Origin: Marsupella aquatica | Lineage: Eukaryota; Plantae; Marchantiophyta | Length of the DNA: 64,000 bases | Reading direction: 5' to 3' | NCBI GenBank assembly: GCA_973895155.1 | Contig: OZ316896.1 | Span: 14,976,684-15,040,683, forward strand | In this document: one piece after another, positions 12,168-22,770 of the stretch | Layout of the letters: every line of letters starts with the position of its first letter | Numbering within the stretch: the stretch's first letter is position 1 | Notes under the pieces: generated by a model | The model's input: only the letters and a program-made list of their open reading frames with translations | Database searches by the model: none | Told to the model about the DNA's origin: nothing | Translations under genes and position numbers: made by a program

Positions 12168-15100
12168 ATGAGTGCGGCGGGCCATCCCCCCCCTCTTCCG
12201 GATGGGAGGCTGAAACGCCCCCCCCGGGGAGGTGGTCCACCAAGACAGCGGTATCCGAGTGATGACATAGACTACAAGAAAAGGAGGAGACCGGATGCCA
12301 AGCCCGAAATCCGGGTCCCACTAGATCGGTGGGATGAGTGGGAGGACCTTAGAGCTCTACTTGGACAGGATACCACACACTCCACTGTTGTCACATGGTT
12401 ACTTGATCGTGCGCGACCGACAATTCAGGAGCTTCGGGTATGGCGAGCGTCAGAGGCAGCTCCAATTGGGCCCGAGGCACAACCATCGCCCACGAGTGAG
12501 CAGCACATGGGTCAGCCTTCACGACCACCACGTCAGGTATGTGGATACCTTCTTTCATTCACTTAGCATTTGCCCATTTTATCATTATTTGTTTTTACTC
12601 ACGCTGATGGTACTTATGTCAACTATGCATAATGGGCAGAAACAAAAATATATAGGTTCTTATTTATAGTAACAAATATCAGGGTACTCAAATATTTGTC
12701 CTAATAAACCACAAGTGAAATAGTAAACAAAATTAGGGTACTGTCCACACATTATAATCTATATATCAAGCAATAACAAAGGCCCTGGTAAATAGCAACA
12801 AGAACACATTGTCCAATACTTGCATAAACTGTGACTACCAATGTCCACACATTATAAACCACCATACCAACAAGCACATAGTACTCTCCCCTTACAAATA
12901 GTGTGAATCATAGTTTCTTTATTTTGTTATGTTATGCAGCATTGTAGTAACCAAACAATGGTGCATTCCATAATGTGAGTCATGCCTTTGGGTTCAGGTT
13001 TTTGGGTCTTTCAACAAAATAACTTCAATACCCAAGGACCAACAGCAATTGTTTTTACTCCCTTGAAGTTTATGGTTTAGGTAAAATCATATTTGAGGGT
13101 ACTAATTATTCTATAATCCCCACATTGTTTCTAGGATGGATGGGATTCACCTCTTGAGCAGGATGTAGTTTTGGAGGAGCATATTGCCGAGCAATACGGA
13201 TCAGACGCAGAAGATGATGCCATTTACCGAGATGATGATCCGGAGTCTCTTACAGCTTTAGGAGCTAACAACGTTGGGAATGAGGATACCTTTCAGGTTT
13301 GACCCCCCCCCCCCCTCCCTTTGACACTCTCCTTGCCTTTCCTTGTACAAATTCCAAATTTCTGAATAACACTTTTTGATATATGTATGTGGGCTTCTTC
13401 TACCAGGAGCCATTCATTGCACCTGATTCTCAGCCATCATCAGATATTGGGCCTCGGCCACCAGCACAAACAGACTCACACGAGTCTCATATCCCTGATT
13501 CTCAGCCATCACAGCCTCCGGACCTTGTCCCGACTCGTAGAGCAACGCCTCGTCAACCTGCTAGGGTAGCATTTTTTGATCGCAACTTGTTGGCTACTTT
13601 TGTTGATAGGCTACTCCCTCGGTGTCATATACATGGATGTTCTAGGAGTCCAAGGGTTCAACGAGTGAGGGAGTTACATCAGTTGTGGTCGATTCACATT
13701 GGTTGTGGAGAGGATGGCCATGGCTGGACTTTTGTTACTGGTGACAATGAGCCTGGGAGGAGTTCTCCTATGATTACCCCCCAGTTGTATCATTCCACCC
13801 TTTGCGCTGGCCTCACCTATACGTCTTTGGCTGCTGTTGCTGCACATCTTGGTTTACATGTTCCTACTGCAGCTCATTGGCATGATTTTCAGAGTGGTCG
13901 TGGCCGACCTCGTGGTGGATGGATAGCAGCTGTGAAGGCACAATGGGAAGAAAATAAAAGGCACATGTGGCAGCAGTTGAAGGATGATATTCAGCAACGG
14001 CGAGCAACTGAGCTTGGTAAGTAATTATCTGTTTTAGGTCCTTCAGCTTTTTGGGGTATTCAAGGACCATGCTCTTCTAGCCAAAGTTTTAGTTGATCTG
14101 TTTCTCATATATAGTGCATGTGTGTGTGCTTTGTTTATGACAGACCCTGGGTTACTAGTGTACTTAGATACTCGATGGGATTCTTCTCGGAGCGGTTTTC
14201 ATGGTACCACCTCTATCCTCAATGTTGACGATAATAGGGTAATTGAAATGGTGACAATTACTAGGAGGGAGGAGAGAAATGCTTGGCACATGGAGGACAA
14301 GGGTACTGAAAGAGCATTGGAAAATTTGAGAGAGGGAGGGATCTCTATCACGGAGGTTATCCATGATGACAAAGCCACTATTGATAATATTGTGGAGGAC
14401 ATGGGGATTAGGAACCAGAAAGACTTGTGGCATAAGGCCAAAAATCTCATCAAGAAGTTTGTGGAGAAGATGGTGAGAGCAACCTACACTGTGACCATTG
14501 ACATTGACACTGCTGCATCTCGTTCTGAGTTGCAAGCAGTCACAGCTAAGAAGTTACAGGATTGGTTGAAGAGTAGGGGAGTGAGAGGGTACTCTACTCT
14601 TAGGAAGGAAGCACTCATCCATAAAGTAGGTGACATGCGTGGGCTGCCTCCTGGAGAACTAGTACATATTCCGACACGTGGCCTCAAGTACCCAGAGTTG
14701 TCTCAGCACAACATTGCCACAAAGCTGAAGACATGGTTCTACGTATGTTGTCGTCGGTGTAAGAACAGGTATGCATAGTGCTAATATGGTGTGACTTCTT
14801 GACTTTTACATATCCAAGTGTAGTAATTGTTGCAGATGTGATGATTTAGTTTTGACAAAAGTAACAACTTTCAATGTTCATTATGCAGTGGTGGAGATGC
14901 TGCATCCTTGGCTTTTGAATTGGGCAACTGTGGTGATCATTGGGCCGGGGATCACAGATTATGTGCAGGACTATCTGACCGGCCTTGTCAGCATCTTGGG
15001 GAGCCTGGAGCCATCCAAGTTGACCATTACTATGAGAATGGTAAATCTTTTACTAATTATGCAATTTTAATGTGAGTTATAACTTAGGTTAGCATCGTTG

Positions 15101-15480
15101 ATATTTTATGACTTTTTGTATATGTAGGTGGAGAGACTCATAAGGCCATGCAAAAGTTCATGAGAAAATATATTACTCCCGCGAAGATGAGGTTTTATAC
15201 CATGGCCCGAGAGAATTTCATGTCAGAGACCTACCATTCCGTGATGGGCAAGTATGCGACCAAGCGCATTCATTTCTCAGCCAGTCATGAGGCCCGTTTG
15301 AGTTGTGCTGCCATGGATTGGAACGAGAATATCAGAAGACATGTCTGGAAGGTATACAATCGTACACCTGTGAACACTGCTGTGAGGGAGCGCCCTCCTC
15401 GAACACGAGTATTGGTGGACCGGACCATGAGTTGGAAGGAAGCAACAAGTGAACGCATTTATGGTGTGACTCGTCCATGA
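12168..15480 (+). CDS. Kolobok-type DDE transposase, 6 exons, 756 aa
   Basis: Exons 12168-12536, 13135-13296, 13407-14016, 14144-14768, 14889-15040, 15128-15480. All introns GT-AG and phase-compatible; 2271 nt with no internal stop. Motifs: IRVPLDRWDEWEDLR..LG.....VVTWLLD; C..C..C..GH.W ribbon; YLDTRWDS (D); IHDDK (D); KDLWHKAKN; HWAGDH..C..C.H; SETYHS..KYATKRIHFS...ARL..AAMDWNEN (E). Confidence 0.88.
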
Positions 15481-15944
15481 GGTAACACACTGCTCTATAA
15501 ATATGATTGCCAACATAAAATGTAAGGAAACTCTATGCTCATGGTAATTCTAATTACAATGAGTTTTTTTGGCAGGATGATCCTGGTTGCTCAAACATTA
15601 CCACCCAAGTAGTGTCTCTATATAAGGTCAGCGTACATATGGAGTCACACCTCCATATATGACCTCAGCTAACATACCTCAGGTAAGTGAAAAGTTGTGA
15701 CTCAATCTTTTTGGAAACAATTCATTGTAGTGTGAAAGTTTATCATTTTGTGTACCTCAATTCTAATTTATTGTTTACTATTGCAGGGGTGATTCCTTGA
15801 GGAGGGCTGAGACCTGGCATGACTTGTATTCCACCCTTTTTGGATAGGGTTAGCAAACCACTTGTATTCCAACCTTTTTGGGTAGGGTTAGCAAACCTGC
15901 TTGGGGGGGTACACTATTACAAACACCTGGAATGCTATGCCAAA

Positions 15945-16250
15945 TTTTCACACTTTTATAAATTATCTTTGTAGTCTTGTTTTTTCATGCTGTGGCCCAA
16001 AAACTCTTATAACTTGAGCACCAAGTGAGGGAATGATTATCTTTGTAGTTTGGTTTTTTCATGCCGTGGCCCAAAAAATCGTATAACCTTAGCACCAAGT
16101 GAGTGAATGTGAAAAGTTCATAACTTTTCACACTTTTATAAAAAAAAAATTGTCAAGTTTTTTCATACCGTGGCCAGACAATCTTATAACTTGACCACCA
16201 AGTGAGGGAATGATAAAACTTTAGGACTTGAACCAAGTGAGGGAATGAGT
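15945..16250. repeat. Degenerate tandem repeats in the Kolobok intergenic spacer
   Basis: gtggccca....cttataactt.agcaccaagtgag.gaatga occurs 3-4 times. A separate 58-bp duplication lies at 16394-16504. Confidence 0.8.
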
Positions 16251-16583
16251 AAAGTTTGTGGTTATTGAATGACATATGACAACAAAAAACAGCTTTGAGA
16301 GGTAGTAATCATTTGAGTCCCTTTGGCAACCTTGTTCATTTTGGTTTCATTGAATATGGACACATCCCAAGGGAACTTTTATGGTATTGTAACGCATGTA
16401 CTCCCAAGAGGAATTGAACCCCTTCTGCTGCCAACCAGCAGGAGTTCTACTGCATGTACTCCCAAGGGGAATTGAACCCCTTCCGCTGCCAACCAGCAGG
16501 AGTTATACTCTGCAAAAACTTTATTAGTAGCTCTTCACAAAAATTTCAAACAACAGTGAAACATAGCAGAAGCCTATCTACTC

Positions 16584-16982
16584 CTAATTTGGGATAAATC
16601 CTACAAATTCCTCCCCTTCATCATGCCAAGTTGCCTTCACACAAGCTTCAATAGCTTCGGGAAACTTGGTTCTATCAGAAAACCCAGCTACATAAGCCAA
16701 GTGAGTGTAGACCTGATATCTTTTCCTTCTCATGACAGTTTCAGCATAACTGTATGCTGCGCACATGATAAACTGTTCAATTGGGACTGCAGGATTGAGA
16801 TCCACATGACACTCTGAAATTGTAGTACAGAACTCTGGAAATGTAGCTTGGACTTGTTCCAATGTAACAATCCGGACAACGGGTGGAGCATTGTCAACAT
16901 CAGTAGGATCCTGCCAACTCAAGATGTAGCTCCCATTGTCACGTTCAGTCAATGTGGCTCTCAGCTTTCTAATTGGTGCCAT
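16584..16982 (-). CDS. KolX-like accessory protein (P2X7 cytoplasmic-tail-like), 132 aa
   Basis: ATG at 16982 just after a splice acceptor (ttttatcag|gaacATG). The C-terminus RKRYQVYTHLAYVAGFSDRTKFPEAIEACVKATWHDEGEEFVGF matches the RY..YR......G...R...P.C....IR..FP...G.Y.GF pattern. Convergent with the transposase. Confidence 0.75.
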   Translation of the reverse strand: MAPIRKLRATLTERDNGSYILSWQDPTDVDNAPPVVRIVTLEQVQATFPEFCTTISECHVDLNPAVPIEQFIMCAAYSYAETVMRRKRYQVYTHLAYVAGFSDRTKFPEAIEACVKATWHDEGEEFVGFIPN

Positions 16983-17499
16983 GTTCCTGATAAAATGCAA
17001 CAGTCACATATCACATATGCTGTTGTTGCCCAACATTCTCATATTGCTCGAAACTTGACATTGCAATCACAATATGGCAGCAGAGAAGAAATTCGCTAGC
17101 AAATTTGATTAGGAAGTTCGCTCAAACGTGGTTGTGAGCCAAAATGGATGTCGAGAGCCCAGAAAATCACTGTCAGTGGAGACTGAGAGTACAGTGAGAC
17201 TGAGAGTAACAGCAACAAAATCGTAGTTGAAACTCCAGTAGAAATGCCTCAGCTCGCAGCAGCAGCAAAAAAACCCAACACAAACTCGGGCAAAAGGGCT
17301 ACCAACTCGCAACAGCACAATGAGGCCGAGATCAACAGACTCCTAATCGAATGTTATACAATGTAAACAAGGAGGAGAAAAGACCAGCGAGTTGGAGCTT
17401 CCCTGGTGAACCTGAAGCTGGAAAAACACCTCTATCCTCAACGTTGAATGTGGGCACAATGACATGAACAAGGAGCTTGAGGAATGGAGCGAGCAACCC

Positions 17500-18520
17500 T
17501 TCACCTGCAGCAACAAGCAAGCTTCAGTAGCGATCTAGATTGGTGAGGGAAACCAAGGCAGCAGCGAGCAAGCTTCAGCAGGATCAGCGAGCTTGGACCG
17601 AGGCAACAACAATTCGGGGCACACTTTCAGCTGGGAGGAAGATGCGAGTTGAAGCAGCGAGCTTCAGCTTCAGCAGCAACAGCCGAGGCAGCAGCGAGCT
17701 TCAACCGAGGGAGCAACAGCCAAGGGAGCAACAGCTGAGGCAGCAGGGAGGCAGCAGCGAGCTTTACCAGCAAGTAGAAGGTGCAGCGAGTTGAAGCAGC
17801 ATCAGCCGAAGAAGCAAATCGATTCAGCAACGCCGAGGAGTGAGCAAAAGCGAGCAAGGGTAGCCGATGGCACAACAAGCAGGGGCAGCCGAGGGCGCAA
17901 CAAGCAGCGGCAGACAGTGGCTGGCTATGGCGCCGTAAGGTCGAAGGGAGGAGGGCACACATTCAGCTGGGAGGGTGCAGTGAGTTGAAGCAGCAACCTT
18001 CAGCTTCAGCAGCAACAGCCAAGGCAGCAGCGAGGCAGCAGCGACCTTCAGCCGAGGCAGCAACAGCCGAGGCAGCAACGAGGCAGCAGCGAGCTTCAGC
18101 AGCGAGCTTCAGCAGCGAGCTTCAGCAGCGAGTTGAAGGTGCAGCGAGTTGAAGCAGCATCAGCCGAGGAAGCAACGAGCAACAGCCGGTAGCAAATCGA
18201 TTCAGCAACAGCTGAGGAGTGAGCAAAAGCGAGCAAGGGCAGCCGATGGCACAACAAGCAGGGGAAGCCAAGGGCGCAGCAAGCAGCGGCAGTCAGTGGC
18301 TGGCTATGGCAGCCATAAGCTCGAAGGTAGAGGGAGAGACATGCAGCAGAGAAGCAGAGAAGCAGAGCAGCAGCTCGCAAGAGGAGGCCGAGGATGCAGC
18401 AGCTCGTAGGAGGAGGGGAGGGCAAGGCAGGCAGGCAGCAGATCGCAGTGGCAGCCGAGGGCGAGGCAGGCAGGCAGCAACTTGCAGGGGCAGCGGAGGG
18501 CGAGGCAGGCAGCAGCTCAC
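17500..18520. repeat. CAG/GCAGCAGCGAG-rich compound repeat with an about 350-bp internal duplication
   Basis: gaaggtgcagcgagttgaagcagcatcagccga...gtggctggctatggc occurs at about 17778 and 18136; agcagcgagcttc is repeated in tandem. Confidence 0.85.
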
Positions 18521-19027
18521 AGGGGCAACCGAGGGCTCTAGGGCTGGTGGGGAGGGGGCCCTACTGACGCCGGGTTAGTCCTCCGGGGGAGAACTGGCCG
18601 CTGACCCAGCGGGCAGAGTGGCACGCGCTCGGGCAGGGCTCGGGGTCATTATATACCCCGAGTTGTGGTTTAATAATATTACCATTGAATGATATTTTCT
18701 CTATCATCTATATATATAACCTATTGTGTTTAATTATATAACCTACTTCAATTAAATTATTATCATTATTATATTATGCAATTCAATATTATAGTACCTA
18801 CAGTACTATAATTATTAGTAGAGAGTACCAATGGCATATTCATTATGTGCTCTAGCTTGTACTTCTTGTGAATAGATTACTAACCGCCTTAGTCCTTGTG
18901 GATGTGCATTCTCTCCCTCTTAGTTTGTGTCCTATTTGATTCCCCTCTTGTTTGGAAAATACTTGAATGATTCCCTTTTTGGTGCACACTAAATTTAATA
19001 TAGCGCTTATTCATTCTCTTTCATAGG

Positions 19028-19511
19028 ATTAACCTTTTTGGGACACTGCAAATTTGAATGACGGCCACTGTAAAAAGAAGGCGCAATTCAACATGCTATT
19101 ATAATTAGTCTTAACCCGTGATTGATTACTTAGTGATCAATGGTAGTGATATGCAACGGGAGATACCAACCAAAAAATCTACTTCACTAAATTAAGAAGG
19201 GCAAAAAGAGTGAGGCAAGTCAGATAATTATACAAAGAGGACAAAGATTATTCATTATATTCTTCAGATTGATAGTATTAACCTTTTGGGACACTGCAAA
19301 TTTGAATGACGGCCACTGTAAAAAGAAGGCGCAATTCAACATGCTACTATAGTCTTTAATCCATTCAGATTGATTACTTAGTGATTGATTACTTAGTGAT
19401 CAATGGTGGTGATATGCACAACAGAAGATATCGACCAATATGTCTCCTTCACTAAATTAAGAAGGGCGTAAAGAGTGAGGCAAGTCAGATAATAATACAA
19501 AGAGGACAAAG
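19028..19511. repeat. About 245-bp tandem duplication
   Basis: attaacctttt(t)gggacactgcaaatttgaatgacggccactg...gcaagtcagataat..tacaaagaggacaaaga occurs at 19028 and 19277. Confidence 0.9.
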
Positions 19512-19954
19512 AGGGTGATGATATATGAGTAGAGGGCTACTCACTCTAGCTGTAGGACTAAACATGGAGGTGGACTTGTGGATCCGTTTTTGGTCAAGAG
19601 GAAAACTTTTTGTCAAGTGGAAAGCTAGGTGGAAAAGGTCTTTAGTTAACCTAAAGGATTCAAGCCAATTGAAATGGACCTTTAGGCCAACTCTCGCATT
19701 TACAGGGTCTTTCAGAAGAAAGCAGATGCAATTCAAACGCACATATGAGTGAGCAAGAATTTATAATTATGCCTTAACGCCTCCAGTCCTATGCCATGCC
19801 TAAAGGCAGACAGTATTGTGGACTCCAAAGGGAAAGGGCCAGAAACCTTTTGGCTTTTGAGGTTCAAACCTTTGATCTCATAGTAAAACAAAAGCACATT
19901 GCAAGGCAGCGGCGTATCCATGCAGATCCTCAAGCAGATTCCCAAGTACTTCCA

Positions 19955-20210
19955 TAAAAATGACATTTCACGTGGGACAAAGAATAGAGTCCTTTTATTG
20001 GTTCTAAGGGAACTCATTCCAAGACTTAATAAGAATTTTCTGGGAAGAACATTAGGGTCATTTAAATGCAATTTTGACGCTTGTAAGAACATTAGGGTGT
20101 TTTTAATCAAAACTTGGAATATTCCAATAATATTATAACTCTATAGGAGCTAAAAAGCTAAAAAATGTTTCTTATATTTTAGGGGATTTGAGGTCTAAAA
20201 ACATTGCAGG
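19955..20210 (-). repeat. Dispersed AT-rich repeat, copy 2
   Basis: The reverse complement aligns with 4342-4625 (shared atgtcattttt.tggaagt, ttagaaccaataaaa.gac, ccctaatgttctt). Confidence 0.65.
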
Positions 20211-22770
20211 TAATGAGGAGGCCACCATATATATAGTATCACATAGAGGCCACCATATAGACTTCTCACATAGGTTGTTTAATACATTCATAATGAAATA
20301 CAAGAATTATATACTACTAGCCCCAATTACCCATCCTTTGAACATGAATAGAGGAGAGTACAATAAAAATGTCAATAAAATATATTTATTATAATTTACA
20401 TTCTTTGAAGGTTAATGACATTATTAAAAAACCATTATACCTGGCCCCATCATGTTAACAATCCTACACATCCTTTCTATACACACACATAAAGGTAGGG
20501 CCCTAGAGTCATGGTCTAGAGGCTTCACTCTAGAAGCCTAGCTAGCTAGACCTCAACTCCATATAAGATAAGGTGGGTTGACAGGAGTTCAAAGTCAATA
20601 GAGATACTTTTGTAGTGTCAAGAGTCAACGATTGCGGAGCATATAATTATAGTCATGGGAGCCTAAGATGTTTATAGTTTATAAGCCAATTTTGGTTTCC
20701 TTCTAACATGCAAACCTCGTAAAGTGTTGCTTGCCCGTCCTTCTAACCTAAATATCCTTAATCCAATTTCAGTCTGACCTGTCAAGTGGATTGAGAATGT
20801 AGCAACATTAAAAAACCTTTAAAGTCACTTCAATCTCTAATCAGATAAATGCATACTTACCATGCACATGCTGTGGGTCATCATTATAAAAGTGAGTGTT
20901 TTTTCTTATGTAGGTGACACACCTGGCAGCTAGCTACTGTAGTCACTGAATGCAATAGTTAATAAAAAACAACCAGTTGAATTTAGGAGGAGAATCCAAA
21001 GGCCAAGTCAGATCGTTCCAGTGAAGTGTAAGTGATGGGAAACCCAAAATCCAAGTGGGACGAGGAATAGAAAGGAGGACAAATGAAGCGTACACTCTAA
21101 AAAGAACTTTGATTTCCATGCTCTGCGCTCAATTCAAACATGGACTGGTATAAGTCCAATTAACACTTAAATTGTATGGAAGGGTCATGACAGACTTGGA
21201 ATTTGGCCAACACAGTTTGCATTGGGTGTGGTCTATCTGCACTTGTTCCAAATTCCAATTTTTGGGGGGCACATATAGAAGCTAAGGGAAACCCAGCCCC
21301 ATCAAACCTTACTGCAATCATATTCAATTGTGTCCGACTCGATCTAGATTGTCTAGCTCTCGACCATCATCGTTGGAATCACCGCTAAGTTTGAATTGCC
21401 ATGCAATAGAATTGGATTATTCCAGAATCAACACACTGACGGACCAAACAAGAAGTATGACCACTAAACGAGAAATGTGTTTATACGCTGCCTTCCACAA
21501 AGTGTCTCTCATTTTGAGAGTCGCAATAAACAAAGCATTTGCACTGCAACAAGAACATTGTCTTCATCACTTGACCACCCGAGAAAAAATCAAGAATCAA
21601 GTCTCCAGGTTCTAACAGGGATTCAATAATCCTCTGTATCATCCGCGTGGGTTTGCATGGCATGTGGATTCACCCAACCACCGCGAGCACCAACTATCTC
21701 AAATCGAGGGGCCATGTGCAAAACCTTGGTCGCCTCTTCTGTGGTCAGCATCATTTTTAGATCTTCGGGTTTTGACACGTCGTCCGTGTCAACCTTCACC
21801 TTCCTGGTGTCAATCTTGCTGACCTCAAAATCAGTGTCTTTTGAACCAAAAAGGAATTTTGGCTTCAGGTGATTGGGTTTGAAAACGGCATTCCAATTGA
21901 CATTTTCATCTCAGTCAAGAAATTCCTGCAAATATAACTTCATCAATTCCTCCCCCCCCCCAACATGAATCAAGCGGGTGCGGTTGATCCTCTCGAGAAT
22001 AACTCCCATACTCAATGTGAATGGTGAGAGATTTTCCTTGTCCCAATTTTTGAAGCAAACTTAGGCCGGACATTCATTGCAAGAGGCCCCGGCCGGATGA
22101 ACAGTTATGGCTACAACGTTGTAAGATTTTGTGGTAGCTCCACAACGTATTGCAAAACGACCAAAACTTATGCTTTTGTCCACTGCTTTTGATGAAGTCG
22201 ACTGAAGTCAACAATGGCAAGCGGGCATGTTGGAGATGATTCTTCTAATGCTACTGGATCTACTGTTTTCATAAGATTGTCACTAAAGAACGTGACCCAG
22301 GGCTGGCTCCGAGAATGTGTCCCTCTGCCAAATTTATGGCATTAATTAAATGTCATCAAGGCGCATCATTAAAGCTATTGGCAAGATTGCACTCTCCTTG
22401 GTATGATTCAGCTTCAACAAATTTGACAAAAAGACTTCACCAGCCGCTCTTCTACATTTGTTGAATTCTGCATCAATACTCAACAATGGCAGAACCTCTA
22501 CTACTTTCTTCCAGTCGGTATCCGACGGAAAATTCTGTGCATCTTTGCTGAAGTAGTATTCTTCGATAAGAGACTTGAGCTTCCTGACTTTTTTCACATC
22601 CTTTGCAAGCTCCTCTATTGAGGGGATGTCAAATTTATTTGTGGCATCTTTCTTCATAAATGCCTTTCCTGACTTCACCTATGTTAGGATTTTTGTGATG
22701 TCTCTCTGTGAGATTAACTCACCATGAAAGGGACGAAACATGGCAATGGTGTCACCTGCTTATCAAACGA

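Larger units (their letters stand above)
11221..18669 (+). mobile_element. Kolobok-type DNA transposon, apparently complete (7449 bp)
   Basis: TTAA at 11217-11220 and 18670-18673. Imperfect TIRs: ACCACTAATCGTGGTTTA vs ACCACAACTCGGGGTATA (14/18). Contains an intact DDE transposase and a convergent KolX-like gene. Confidence 0.85.

Noticed and set aside
17540-18578. Many overlapping Q/A/S/R-rich ORFs
   Set aside because: By-products of the stop-poor CAG-rich repeat; no coherent protein.
11221-18669. piggyBac assignment because of TTAA
   Set aside because: The termini are not CC(C/T), and the transposase has DDE/DxWH Kolobok-type motifs plus a KolX-like partner.
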